In this document: piece by piece, positions 9,303-19,743 of the stretch | How positions within the stretch are numbered: the first letter of the stretch is position 1 | Layout: each line of letters starts with the position of its first letter | Origin: a virus | Strand: one strand, 5' to 3' | IMG/VR virus record: IMGVR_UViG_3300027859_000890 | Span: 70,167-134,166 of that record | Length of the DNA: 64,000 nt | Position numbers and translations under genes: made by a program | The notes under the pieces: model-generated | Seen by the model: only the letters and a program-made list of their open reading frames with translations | Databases searched by the model: none | Told to the model about the DNA's origin: nothing

Positions 9303-9889
9303 AACTAAGAGAACTTTTCGAAGCGCCAGGCGAAACAGTAGGTCTTATATTTGGAAGATTTAATCCGCCACATAAAGGTCACAAGGCAGCTTGGGAAATG
9401 GCAGCAAAAGAAACACATTGGTATGTAGGTACTAATGCAGGAACAGTTGGTCCTAAAGATCCGCTGCCATCACAAGTAAAAGTTCTTGCAATGGAAACAA
9501 TTATGCCTGAAGTATCAGAACACATTGTTTTCAGTCAAAGTTGGCTCACACTTGCAAGTGAGTTATATTCAAAGCATCCTAATGCAACTCTTGTTCTATT
9601 TACAGACGAAGCTTGGGTGCCAAAAACAATTGCACAATACAATGGTCAAGAAGGTCCACACGGAACCTACAATTTCAAAGATATAGAAACAAAACCTACA
9701 CCAAGATTAAGCAGTGCAACAGCATTGCGTAAAGCAGTATTAGACAATAGTCCAGAGGAGTTTGCTGATGCTGCTGGTGTTCCTGCTGATACTATTATTG
9801 ATGTACCAGGTGAAAACATAACATTCTTTGATATGGTTGCAAAGTACTTAGAACCACATAGAGAAAAACTACTTGCAAAAAAGAAGTAG
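9299..9889 (+). CDS. HIGH-motif cytidylyl/adenylyltransferase-like protein
   Basis: FGRFNPPHKGH, KDPL, SSATALRK. Confidence 0.8.
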   Translation: MKLRELFEAPGETVGLIFGRFNPPHKGHKAAWEMAAKETHWYVGTNAGTVGPKDPLPSQVKVLAMETIMPEVSEHIVFSQSWLTLASELYSKHPNATLVLFTDEAWVPKTIAQYNGQEGPHGTYNFKDIETKPTPRLSSATALRKAVLDNSPEEFADAAGVPADTIIDVPGENITFFDMVAKYLEPHREKLLAKKK

Positions 9890-9901
9890 TTGTTATATAA
9901 T
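9873..9901 (+). promoter_or_regulatory. sigma70-type promoter giving a leaderless mRNA
   Basis: TTGCAA(9873-9878), 17-nt spacer, TATAAT(9896-9901); ATG at 9907 with no SD. Confidence 0.6.
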
Positions 9902-9906
9902 ACATT

Positions 9907-11067
9907 ATGACTCACGGCTTTTTTCTAGCAAACATCAAATCTTACCCCTTCGGACAAACAGCATTAGGCACTGAATTTATAGATCAAGGATTCAGTTTAG
10001 AAAATATGTTTGGGCATTTTGATGACTTTACATTTAGAAACTTTTATAATTTAAACAGAATAGATAAAATTAAGTGCGATACAAATTTTATTATGCTGTC
10101 TGTAAATATGCCTGTGACATATAAAATAAAATTAAGTTTTGACACAATACAAAAAATAAACAATGACACTAACACTTTCTTAGTTATGATAAGCATACTT
10201 GAAGGTGAAATGGATTATGCTAAAATACTAAAAGAACTTTCTAAACAGCGTATTAACAAAGAAAAAGTTATCATAGTAACAAGTTGTTATTCGCATTTAG
10301 AAAACCAGTTTGGCTTAAAATTTGTTTATATAGATTATTGGGAAAGTTTTACAAGATATCATCAACGTTTTTTACCTAATGCAACAGACAGACGTGCAAT
10401 TAATTTAGATGCACAAAAAAAGTTTTTGTGTTTGAATAGAAATCAAAAAGCACACAGGATTTGGTTTTATTTTAATTTATATAGAATGAAAATGCACAAG
10501 CAAAGTCATTCAAGTTATCATTTACCTATACTAGATATACAAGAATACAATAGGATGGCCAGAAGTAGTTTTGTAATGAAATATATTCCCAGCAGTTTAC
10601 ATCCAGAATATCAACATTTTTTGAATCATACATACGAAGGCGCAGTCTTAGATAAATTAAGTTCTGATCCTATTAATTATAATTCAACAATATATGATTA
10701 TTACAACGATAGTCTGTTTAGTGTTGTTACTGAAAGTAGTTTTAGACATACTTTTCTCACAGAAAAAACATTCAAAGCAATTGTACACTGCCATCCATTT
10801 TATGTAATAGGCAACAAACAACATCATTGGCTACTAAGAGAAAACGGTTATCATACATTTGAGGATTTCTTTGGCATAGAAGCAGTAGAAAACTTTGATC
10901 AAGCAAGTGCGTTGTTAAGTAACATTAAATACACTGATATTAGTGAATATAGAAATAAATTAAATAAGGAAACAGTAGATAAATTATATAGTAACTATGA
11001 CAACTTTTACAATAGACTCATTAGCTGGTTGGACATAGAAAAAAGATTGTTAAGAGCCACGAGGTAA
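9907..11067 (+). CDS. putative glycosyltransferase-like protein (GT-B/GT10-like C-terminus)
   Basis: FLCLNR...HR; VVTES...FLTEKTFK.I...PF; GYHTF. Confidence 0.55.
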   Translation: MTHGFFLANIKSYPFGQTALGTEFIDQGFSLENMFGHFDDFTFRNFYNLNRIDKIKCDTNFIMLSVNMPVTYKIKLSFDTIQKINNDTNTFLVMISILEGEMDYAKILKELSKQRINKEKVIIVTSCYSHLENQFGLKFVYIDYWESFTRYHQRFLPNATDRRAINLDAQKKFLCLNRNQKAHRIWFYFNLYRMKMHKQSHSSYHLPILDIQEYNRMARSSFVMKYIPSSLHPEYQHFLNHTYEGAVLDKLSSDPINYNSTIYDYYNDSLFSVVTESSFRHTFLTEKTFKAIVHCHPFYVIGNKQHHWLLRENGYHTFEDFFGIEAVENFDQASALLSNIKYTDISEYRNKLNKETVDKLYSNYDNFYNRLISWLDIEKRLLRATR

Positions 11068-12276
11068 ATGTCAGAGTTTAAAGAAAACTTTTGTATGGCG
11101 CCTTGGACACATATGAGCGTTTGGCAAACAGGAGATGCGTATCCGTGTTGTATATATCATTGGGATATGCCTGTTGATAATATCAATCGCAGTGGACTAA
11201 AAGGTGCGTGGAACAGTAAAAAAATGCGTGAACTTCGTTTACGTATGCTTTCCAATGAGCCAAGCGAAGGTTGTGCTAAATGCACAAACTATGACAAGCA
11301 AGGTATTATTAGTTATAGACATAAGTTCAACACTGAGTATGATCATCACTACAATTTAGTCAAAACAACACAGGAAGATGGCACAGTAGATCAAATGAAT
11401 TTGGCCTACTTTGATATTAGATTTAGCAACTTGTGCAATATGAAATGTAGAAGTTGTGGACCGCATTTCAGTAGTAAATGGTCTGAAGATTTAATAGGCA
11501 AGCCAGAAATAGTACAAATTAACCACCAAGATATGTGGGAAGAAATAGAAGATGTTTTACCTAGCATCGAAGAAGTATACTTTACAGGCGGCGAAAGTTT
11601 GTTTATGCCACAGCATTATAGATTGCTAGATATGCTTATAGAGCGTGGACTCAAACCGAGACTGACATATAACAGCAACGCCACACGCCTAAGTCTTAAA
11701 GGCAAACACATAAAAGATTATTGGCAGCACTTTGATAATATTTTTTATTGTGTAAGTTTAGACCAAGTAGAACGCAAAGCAGAATACACAAGAGCAGGAC
11801 AAACTTGGGATACAGTGTTTACAAACTTGTGTTGGATACGTGATAATTTTGAACACAGTTATGATAAAGGTGTGGTTATACAACCAAACCCAACTATCAG
11901 TGCGTTGAATGTTGTTGACTTGCGTCATATTGTAAATTATCTGTTTGAACACAACATTCCTACTGACTATGATATTAATTTAAGTAATTTGTTGGTTGGT
12001 CCAGAATGGATGAGTTGTACAATATTGCCAGAACAAATTAAAGCAAAAGCAAAAGAAAATATTGAATTACTCAAGCAAGATATTGATAAAAGAAAAATGT
12101 ATCCTCAAAGAAGAGAATTTTTGCATAATGGACTCGACAACATTGTAAACTTTATGTATAATAGTGATGATACACATTTGATACCTGAATTTAGAGTACA
12201 GATGCAAAAAATGGATATGAAGCGTGGCGAAAACTTTTTAAAGGTTTTTCCTGAACTAAAGGATTTGTATGTCTAG
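11068..12276 (+). CDS. radical SAM protein with N-terminal SPASM/twitch-like Cys domain
   Basis: FCMAPW...PCC...C..C; CNMKCRSC; FTGGE. Confidence 0.88.
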   Translation: MSEFKENFCMAPWTHMSVWQTGDAYPCCIYHWDMPVDNINRSGLKGAWNSKKMRELRLRMLSNEPSEGCAKCTNYDKQGIISYRHKFNTEYDHHYNLVKTTQEDGTVDQMNLAYFDIRFSNLCNMKCRSCGPHFSSKWSEDLIGKPEIVQINHQDMWEEIEDVLPSIEEVYFTGGESLFMPQHYRLLDMLIERGLKPRLTYNSNATRLSLKGKHIKDYWQHFDNIFYCVSLDQVERKAEYTRAGQTWDTVFTNLCWIRDNFEHSYDKGVVIQPNPTISALNVVDLRHIVNYLFEHNIPTDYDINLSNLLVGPEWMSCTILPEQIKAKAKENIELLKQDIDKRKMYPQRREFLHNGLDNIVNFMYNSDDTHLIPEFRVQMQKMDMKRGENFLKVFPELKDLYV

Positions 12277-13477
12277 TGTAAAGGAAAACAAACATTTTTG
12301 TATGATGCCTTGGGTACATATGCATCTGTGGCCTGCTGGCTTTACATATCCTTGCTGTATGAGTGATCCAGATTATCCTATAGGCAACACACAAACACAA
12401 ACTTTACAAGACGTTTGGAACGGCGATAAAATGCGTAAAATACGTTTGAATATGTTGTCAGGACAACCAAGTCAAGAATGTAGACGTTGTTATGAACTAG
12501 AAGAAAACGGTATGCAAACATTGCGTAACAGCAGTATCAATAACTTTTCAGAAAAACACTGGCAGAAAGTTATGAACACAGCTGAAGATGGCAGTGCTGG
12601 TGATGTAAATATGGCATATATGGATATACGTTTCAGTAATTTATGTAATTTGAAATGTCGTAGTTGTGGCCCACAGTTCAGCAGTAGCTGGTTTGAAGAT
12701 CACAAACAAATGTATGGAGAACTTAATCATCCTAAAATATTACAAGTGCGTAAAGATATGACTAGTTTTATGGACGAACTTGATCCGTTATTAGAAAGTG
12801 TTGAACGTGTTTATTGGGCAGGTGGCGAGCCACTAATTACAAAAGAGCATTATCATATACTTGATAAATGGATTGATATGGGCAAGACAGATGTCAATAT
12901 GGATTACACAACAAACTTTACACAAATGTATTACAAAAAGAAAACAGCATTTGAATATTGGAATAAGTTTGAACACGTAAGAGTAGCAGGTAGTTTAGAT
13001 GCTAACCACGCACGTGGAGAATATTTACGTAAGAATATGATTTGGGATATAGTTGTACAAAACAGACGCACTATGCTAGAGCAGTGTCCACACGTATACT
13101 TTGAGATAACCCCCACAGTAAGCGTTTATAACGTGTTAAACCTACCAGATTTCCACAAAGAATGGATTGAAGAAGGACTATTAGAACCAGGTAACATAAG
13201 AATCAATATATTGCTTGATCCAACTTATATGAGATTAAGTATATTACCAGAGGAAAAGAAAGATAGAATTAGGAAACGTTACGCAGAACATTTAGATTAT
13301 TTGAAACAATTTAAGAATATAAATCACGTAAAGAATGATTATGAAAGTATTTTAAATTTTATCAATGACGATAGGACTCAAGAAGTTAAAATGTTTTTGT
13401 TTAAAACATTCAAAGTAGACAAACTTAGACAAGAAAATGTGTTTAAGATATTTCCTGAATTAGAAGGTATCGCATAA
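12269..13477 (+). CDS. radical SAM protein with N-terminal SPASM/twitch-like Cys domain
   Basis: FCMMPW...PCC...CRRC; CNLKCRSC; AGGEP. Confidence 0.88.
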   Translation: MSSVKENKHFCMMPWVHMHLWPAGFTYPCCMSDPDYPIGNTQTQTLQDVWNGDKMRKIRLNMLSGQPSQECRRCYELEENGMQTLRNSSINNFSEKHWQKVMNTAEDGSAGDVNMAYMDIRFSNLCNLKCRSCGPQFSSSWFEDHKQMYGELNHPKILQVRKDMTSFMDELDPLLESVERVYWAGGEPLITKEHYHILDKWIDMGKTDVNMDYTTNFTQMYYKKKTAFEYWNKFEHVRVAGSLDANHARGEYLRKNMIWDIVVQNRRTMLEQCPHVYFEITPTVSVYNVLNLPDFHKEWIEEGLLEPGNIRINILLDPTYMRLSILPEEKKDRIRKRYAEHLDYLKQFKNINHVKNDYESILNFINDDRTQEVKMFLFKTFKVDKLRQENVFKIFPELEGIA

Positions 13478-15633
13478 TGGGATTTTTTGAGTACAAAGAT
13501 CCGGATAGAGAAAAGCCAGACAAACCTACGTTTAGCGAAGATAAACACGTTGCGACAATGCAGGTTATACAGCAATACAGCAGACCTGTGCAAAAAGGCT
13601 TGCAAGAGCTTACCATTGAGTATGATGTAAATAGAAAAACAAAAGTATGTTTGTGTTTACTTCCAGAATGGGATCCTAGTTTTCCTCCTTACAATGTAGC
13701 AAAGTTAGCAAGTGCAATAAAACGTGCTGGCTATGCTTGTAAAAGTTTTGATATAAACGTCGATAGTTACAGCAGATTTTTAAATGAGAAATGGAATATT
13801 CCATTTGATCCTTGGAATCCACTACGTGACTGGCATTGGTACAAGGATGAATACTACAAAGATATACATCATCATTTGAAACCTATATTGCTTGAATACA
13901 TTGATGAAATGGAAAAATTTCAACCAGATGTTGTAGGCTTTAGTTTATACTATTGTAATGAAGAACCTTGTAAGTGGATGGCAACAGAAATAAAAAAACG
14001 TATGCCAAATGTAAAAATAATAGTAGGAGGTCCTGCTACACACGCAAGTTATTACAAAGGCGAAGAAATATATGATTATGTTGTTAACGGTGAAGGCGAA
14101 CAACCATTACTACTAATGCTTGCCAGTATTGAAGCAAAAAAGACTATCGAATACAATGAAGATGCTGTAAGTAAAATTGTTAGACAACCTGAGAATCAGC
14201 GTTACAATCTAAGCACACTGCCATTGCCTGATTACAGTGACTTTGACTTCAGCAAGTATAAATTTCCTAATGGTGCTTTGTGTGAAATATCAAGAGGTTG
14301 CATTGCTAAATGTACTTTTTGTGAAGAGACACATTTTTGGAAATACAGACAAAGAAATGCATTTAGCACGTTGAATGAAATTGAACATATGTACTATGAA
14401 CACGGAACAAATGTGTTTTGGTTTATTGATAGTCTTGTAAATGGTAATCTCAATGAGCTACGTGGCTTTGTTAAAGGTGTAGCAGAAAAAGGTTTGGACA
14501 TACATTGGACAGGCTATGCACGTTGTGATGGACGTATGGATGCTGAATATTTTAGAGATTTGAAAGCAGGTGGTTGCGAAGTTCTTAATTATGGTATTGA
14601 ATCAGGCAGTCAAGTTGTGTTAGACGCAATGGATAAAAAAGTAAAAGTAGAAGAAATGGAAGCAAACTTCCGTGATGGCTTTGCTGCTGGTGTTGATGCT
14701 ATGACTAATTGGATTGTAGGTTTTCCAAACGAAGGTCCAAAAGAACTAGAAGAAACACTTACATTTTTATGGCGTATACGTAACCAAGGATTGATAGCAG
14801 TTAGTCAAGGCACAGGCTTCAGCGTTGGTGTTGATACTATTGTAGGACAAAACTTTGAAAAGTTTGAGCTAATGCCTTTTTATTATTACGACCACTGGAT
14901 AAGAAAAGATCTTACAGCAAGCATTGTACATAAACTAATTAAAATGAAAAGTTTTAGTATTTTTACAGACTTCTTACAAACAGATAAAATTTGTAGTTTG
15001 CCTACAAGACACAGTTTACGTGAAAAACATTATAAGATTGAATTCAATGATCCAAATAGATTGAATACTCTTGAGTATGATTTTGAAGAATTCAATTATA
15101 ATATTATTACGCCAGGACTAGGCAACTTTGCAGATAGTCTTGTAAATGAGATATGGCCTTTCTTACGTATACTTTGGAGAACAAAAGGTGGATACAAACT
15201 TTGTTTGAAGTTCCGCAAAGAATGGGAATACGAAGAATGGGGAAACAGAAATGCTGCTCCGTTGGATGCACAATATGATTTTGAAATAGATGATGAAGGA
15301 AATTGGACTGCTGACTTTTGGTGGGATTATCAACAAGATCCATATGATACTTGGGATGACAAATATTGGATTGAAGATGGCAGAGAAAAAATGAGTGTAG
15401 ATCCGTGGAGCCCTGTGTGGGCAATTATGGACTTTACTAGGGATAATGGAAACGCAGTAATACGTGCTAGAAAACTTGCGTGGAAAGGTGACCCAGACAA
15501 AAAAGGCAAAGACCCTTACAATGCTTTTGACAACGATGTATTTAGACAGCACCAAAAAGAGTTTTTTAGATTTAGGGATACTGATTTGAGTTTCAAGTAT
15601 GCTTGGCAAGGCAAAGGACATTGGAATGTCTGA
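13477..15633 (+). CDS. cobalamin-dependent radical SAM protein
   Basis: PPYN, PDVVGFS, VGGP, GEGE, SRGCIAKCTFC, GIESGS, VGFPNE; long Trp/Asp-rich C-terminus. Confidence 0.9.
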   Translation: MGFFEYKDPDREKPDKPTFSEDKHVATMQVIQQYSRPVQKGLQELTIEYDVNRKTKVCLCLLPEWDPSFPPYNVAKLASAIKRAGYACKSFDINVDSYSRFLNEKWNIPFDPWNPLRDWHWYKDEYYKDIHHHLKPILLEYIDEMEKFQPDVVGFSLYYCNEEPCKWMATEIKKRMPNVKIIVGGPATHASYYKGEEIYDYVVNGEGEQPLLLMLASIEAKKTIEYNEDAVSKIVRQPENQRYNLSTLPLPDYSDFDFSKYKFPNGALCEISRGCIAKCTFCEETHFWKYRQRNAFSTLNEIEHMYYEHGTNVFWFIDSLVNGNLNELRGFVKGVAEKGLDIHWTGYARCDGRMDAEYFRDLKAGGCEVLNYGIESGSQVVLDAMDKKVKVEEMEANFRDGFAAGVDAMTNWIVGFPNEGPKELEETLTFLWRIRNQGLIAVSQGTGFSVGVDTIVGQNFEKFELMPFYYYDHWIRKDLTASIVHKLIKMKSFSIFTDFLQTDKICSLPTRHSLREKHYKIEFNDPNRLNTLEYDFEEFNYNIITPGLGNFADSLVNEIWPFLRILWRTKGGYKLCLKFRKEWEYEEWGNRNAAPLDAQYDFEIDDEGNWTADFWWDYQQDPYDTWDDKYWIEDGREKMSVDPWSPVWAIMDFTRDNGNAVIRARKLAWKGDPDKKGKDPYNAFDNDVFRQHQKEFFRFRDTDLSFKYAWQGKGHWNV

Positions 15634-16834
15634 TACTTATTGCGTATATCCATTCATAAATGTGCATACAAACACTGACGGCAGATGTAAATTATGTTGT
15701 CACGTTTATGGCGAAGATTATATAAAAGTAGATGGCAAAGATGCTGTGCTTGGCAAAACAAATTGGAACAATATTTGGAACAGCAAGTATATGCTAGATG
15801 TACGTGCAAACTTACTTTCAGGAAAGAAAGTAAAAGAGTGCAATAGATGTTACGAGCACGAAGAGAAAGGTTTACAAAGCAGTAGGCAATGGGCAAATGA
15901 AAATTATAAACAACCATTATTGCATAGCAACCCTACTCACCTGGAACTTCGGCTCGGCAACAAATGTAATTTAAAGTGCAACAGTTGCTGGAGTGTAAGT
16001 AGTAGTCAAATATACAAAGAACGTAAAAAAATATTAGCAAACGAAACTGTGCCGAAATGGTTAGATGATCAATGGCAACACGAAATAAAAAGTGTAGAAT
16101 CTTTTGATTGGCAGTGGTATGAAACACAAGAGTTTCGTGACTTTGTAGACCAAGTTGCACCAACATTAGAACGTTTGTATATGACAGGTGGTGAGCCAAC
16201 TATGATTGATGCTAATCAGTATGTGCTTGACAAACTTGTAGAAGCAGGTAATACAAAATGTCACGTTGCTTGGACAACAAATATGACAACGTGGCCTGAA
16301 GGATTTTATGACAAACTAGATTTTTTTGACAGCAGCGAAGTGCAGATGAGCATAGATGGTTATGGCGATCACAATATGTACATACGCTATCCAACTGATT
16401 GGAAAAAAGTAGAAGAAAATTTTACAAAAGCAATGACATTGCCTGAAAAAGTACAACTAAAAATTTACTTTGTATATCAAGCGTGGAATGTATTTGATGT
16501 AGATAGGCTAATACGTTGGCTAGAAGAACGACAAACAAGACGTGTAGACTTTGTGCCTATATTCTTAGAACATCCAGATCAACTACACAGTTGCGTATGG
16601 CCAAGAGAAATACAGCACAAAATTATAGGTAAATTATTTACATTGCAAACAACAATGCATAGAGATCCTGTTCAAAGAATCATAAACTACACACAAAACA
16701 CTAATAAATATTCTGCTGAGAATATAAACAGGATGAAACAATTCATTTCAATCAACGACAGATATAGGAAATACAAGTTTGCAGATGTGTTTCCGTTACT
16801 AAATTATATATTGGAAGATGTATGCGAGACATAA
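15626..16834 (+). CDS. radical SAM protein with N-terminal SPASM/twitch-like domain
   Basis: YCVYPF...LCC...CNRC; CNLKCNSC; TGGEP; start refined to ATG 15626. Confidence 0.88.
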   Translation: MSDTYCVYPFINVHTNTDGRCKLCCHVYGEDYIKVDGKDAVLGKTNWNNIWNSKYMLDVRANLLSGKKVKECNRCYEHEEKGLQSSRQWANENYKQPLLHSNPTHLELRLGNKCNLKCNSCWSVSSSQIYKERKKILANETVPKWLDDQWQHEIKSVESFDWQWYETQEFRDFVDQVAPTLERLYMTGGEPTMIDANQYVLDKLVEAGNTKCHVAWTTNMTTWPEGFYDKLDFFDSSEVQMSIDGYGDHNMYIRYPTDWKKVEENFTKAMTLPEKVQLKIYFVYQAWNVFDVDRLIRWLEERQTRRVDFVPIFLEHPDQLHSCVWPREIQHKIIGKLFTLQTTMHRDPVQRIINYTQNTNKYSAENINRMKQFISINDRYRKYKFADVFPLLNYILEDVCET

Positions 16835-17814
16835 AGGCTATAATACCTGCAAAAGATAAATGGGTCAGTTTGGTATGGCAAGTCAACGACTGGTGTAACT
16901 TCCGTTGTACGTATTGTAGTGAATGGAATTGGGCTGGACGTAACAAAAACGAAGATGACATTGATCTGATTGTTACAACATTAGAACGCATTATGCTACA
17001 CTACAAAGACAAAGGATACAAATATTTTAAACTTTATCTCAGTGGTGGTGAGCCTACTTTTTGGAAAGCAATTATTCCTGTTGTAGAAAAGTTTAGAGAA
17101 ATAGCAGAATGGCCTGGTAGTTGTGTAGGTATAAACACAAACTTCAGTAGGCCTATATCTTGGTGGGAAAAGCATCATCATTTGTTTGAAGATGTAGTTG
17201 CAAGTTATCACGCAGAATGGACAAAAGAAGAAAAGTATTTACAAACTTATAAGTTTTTACAAGACAAGAAAAATTATCTTTGCAGTAGAATTATGATGCA
17301 TCACAAATACTTTCAGCAGTGTGTGGATTTTGGAGATAAAATTAAAGACACTTGCGATAATTATATGATTGAATATGCGCCAGTGTATGATGAACTACGT
17401 CCTAGCACTGATCCATATTTTTATGAAGAACAGTGGCAAATGGATTTCTTCAAAACACGCAGTAGTGCAAGACAGCAAGTTATACCAATACACAAAGAAC
17501 CAAACTATGCTTGGGCAAAAGTAATGCACACAGATGATACTGTTACAGATATTGATACAAATGCAATCATTACAGAAGGTAAAAACTTTTTTAAAGGTTG
17601 GACTTGTAACATACACGAAAGTTTACACATACATCCTAACGGTAGGATACAACAAGCAAGTTGCGGTGTTGGACCAATAGTTGGAAATATTGTACAAGGT
17701 AAGTTTGATATAAAATTAAACGAAGCAATTGTTTGTCCTAAAACACATTGTCACTGTGCAGCCGATTTCAACATAAGTAAAGCGAGGCCTGAAAATGTCA
17801 ACCTCATCGCCTGA
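16822..17814 (+). CDS. radical SAM protein with C-terminal Cys cluster
   Basis: CNFRCTYC, SGGEPT, C-terminal C...C...CPKTHCHC. Confidence 0.88.
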   Translation: MRDIKAIIPAKDKWVSLVWQVNDWCNFRCTYCSEWNWAGRNKNEDDIDLIVTTLERIMLHYKDKGYKYFKLYLSGGEPTFWKAIIPVVEKFREIAEWPGSCVGINTNFSRPISWWEKHHHLFEDVVASYHAEWTKEEKYLQTYKFLQDKKNYLCSRIMMHHKYFQQCVDFGDKIKDTCDNYMIEYAPVYDELRPSTDPYFYEEQWQMDFFKTRSSARQQVIPIHKEPNYAWAKVMHTDDTVTDIDTNAIITEGKNFFKGWTCNIHESLHIHPNGRIQQASCGVGPIVGNIVQGKFDIKLNEAIVCPKTHCHCAADFNISKARPENVNLIA

Positions 17815-19120
17815 TACATTTTGCTACCACGCTATGCAAAGTTTTAGCACTCATCCTCACGGACGTAGCAGGCCTTGTTGTTTTAGTAGACAGGAAACAA
17901 GAAAGTTTATGCCTGGTATAAACTTCCAAGATACTCCAGAATACAATGATAAAGTAAATGCAGCTCAAAACATCAGCGAATTTATCAATGATCCTGAGAT
18001 AATGAAAATTAGAGAAGGCTTGTTGAAAGGAGAACAACCAAAAGGTTGTGCTGAATGTTTCAAGTTAGAAAAAGATGGTATACGTAGTTTTAGGCAAACT
18101 TCAAATGAAATATATGAAGAACATATAGATAAAAGTCTAAAGAACGTAAGTGAAGATGGCTTTTTAGATCCAAAAGCAATTACATACTTGGACATTAGTT
18201 TAGGCAATGTTTGTAATTTAAAATGTAGAAGTTGTAATCCTTGGGCTAGTCATAGATGGATTGAAGAAGGTCCTACTGTGCCACACACAGATTGGGATGA
18301 CACAGCATACAAAATTGGTAAACTAAGCAGTACAGATCCTTGGTTTATCAAAGCGTTTGCAGAAGACTTTTTTGATGACGTTTTACCAAATGTAAAAATA
18401 ATAAATTTTATTGGTGGCGAACCTTTGGTTGTCAATGAACACTATACTTGGTTAGAACACATAATAGAAATGGGCTGGAGCCAAAACATTGAGTTACACT
18501 ACAACACAAATGGCACAACTATACCAGATAGGTTGCTAGATATTTGGGATAAGTTTAGAGGTGTAGTTCTAAGTTTAAGTATTGATGCTACAGAAGATTT
18601 AGCATACTATGTTAGATATCCAAGCAAGTGGAAAATAATAAAACGCAATATAGAAAAATTAAAACAATTCAGTAAAACTCGCACAGGAGTAATTGTTCAT
18701 ACGCACGTAACTCTAAGTGTAATGAACTTGCACGACTTGCCTAATGTTTTGAATTGGTGTAAAGAAAACTATGATACTTGGCACTACACTTGGGATTGGG
18801 GTAATCACGGATATCAAAATTGCTTACCGCATTTCAATATTGTAGAATATCCACGCAACCAACACATAAGAAACTTGCCAGAAGAGCGTAAAAAACTTAT
18901 GAACAATATGTTAGAACAGCAACACGCAAAGTTTCAAAATGCTGGCTTGCCAGATTGGGAACAGTGGGCAGTAGATGCAATACTAGGATTGAAAAATCAA
19001 TTAAACGAACAACCCAACGAAGGTGATTGGCAAAAGTACATTAATAATACTAGAGCAAGTGATAGGTTTAGAAAAGTAAACATCATAGATTATATTCCTT
19101 GGATGGAGGAATATATGTAA
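17795..19120 (+). CDS. radical SAM protein with N-terminal SPASM/twitch-like domain
   Basis: FC...RPCC...CAEC; CNLKCRSC; IGGEP; YNTNG. Confidence 0.88.
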   Translation: MSTSSPDTFCYHAMQSFSTHPHGRSRPCCFSRQETRKFMPGINFQDTPEYNDKVNAAQNISEFINDPEIMKIREGLLKGEQPKGCAECFKLEKDGIRSFRQTSNEIYEEHIDKSLKNVSEDGFLDPKAITYLDISLGNVCNLKCRSCNPWASHRWIEEGPTVPHTDWDDTAYKIGKLSSTDPWFIKAFAEDFFDDVLPNVKIINFIGGEPLVVNEHYTWLEHIIEMGWSQNIELHYNTNGTTIPDRLLDIWDKFRGVVLSLSIDATEDLAYYVRYPSKWKIIKRNIEKLKQFSKTRTGVIVHTHVTLSVMNLHDLPNVLNWCKENYDTWHYTWDWGNHGYQNCLPHFNIVEYPRNQHIRNLPEERKKLMNNMLEQQHAKFQNAGLPDWEQWAVDAILGLKNQLNEQPNEGDWQKYINNTRASDRFRKVNIIDYIPWMEEYM

Positions 19121-19743
19121 TGTACATTGTTGCATTTGGCTGCAAAGACTTGGTTGGAAATAAAAATGCAGCATATTTTTTATCAAAAAAATTAGATTGT
19201 AATTATATAGATTGCACTACAGAAACTACAAGTCCACAAAGTATATTTAGAATAGTTACAAAGTATGCAAGTGAACACGAAGACTTCCTTCCTATCATAG
19301 GTTGGAGCAATACAGCAAGTTTACAACTTAGAACAATATACAGTCGTTTAGAATACACAGGCTTCCACGATCCAAACTATTGGAACTACAGTGCTAATGG
19401 CAAAAACTTAAAATTAGAAAACCGTAGACTTGATAGATTCAAAGATGTTTTGTTTGATGAACACTTGGTCAATATACGTTGGTGTAATATTGTTGTTAGT
19501 TTACAAGAATTCTTAAAAAGTTACAAAATAGATTATGTAATGTACAATGTTGAAAATGCTATTGACTGGAATGCAAATACAATGCATATGATAAAATTTA
19601 TAGATAGATCAAAATACATAGGTGTAGAAAATCCTAAGGCTAATATAAAAAAGTATGTAAAGAAACTAGGATATAATTTTGCCACAGACGAAGGTCAAAA
19701 ATGTATTGCTGGTTTACTAAAAGATAAATTGGATAGCAAATGA
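19120..19743 (+). CDS. degenerate SGNH-hydrolase-like protein
   Basis: AFGC, IIGWS..L.R; paralog of 19740 but lacks the catalytic Ser and His. Confidence 0.5.
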   Translation: MYIVAFGCKDLVGNKNAAYFLSKKLDCNYIDCTTETTSPQSIFRIVTKYASEHEDFLPIIGWSNTASLQLRTIYSRLEYTGFHDPNYWNYSANGKNLKLENRRLDRFKDVLFDEHLVNIRWCNIVVSLQEFLKSYKIDYVMYNVENAIDWNANTMHMIKFIDRSKYIGVENPKANIKKYVKKLGYNFATDEGQKCIAGLLKDKLDSK

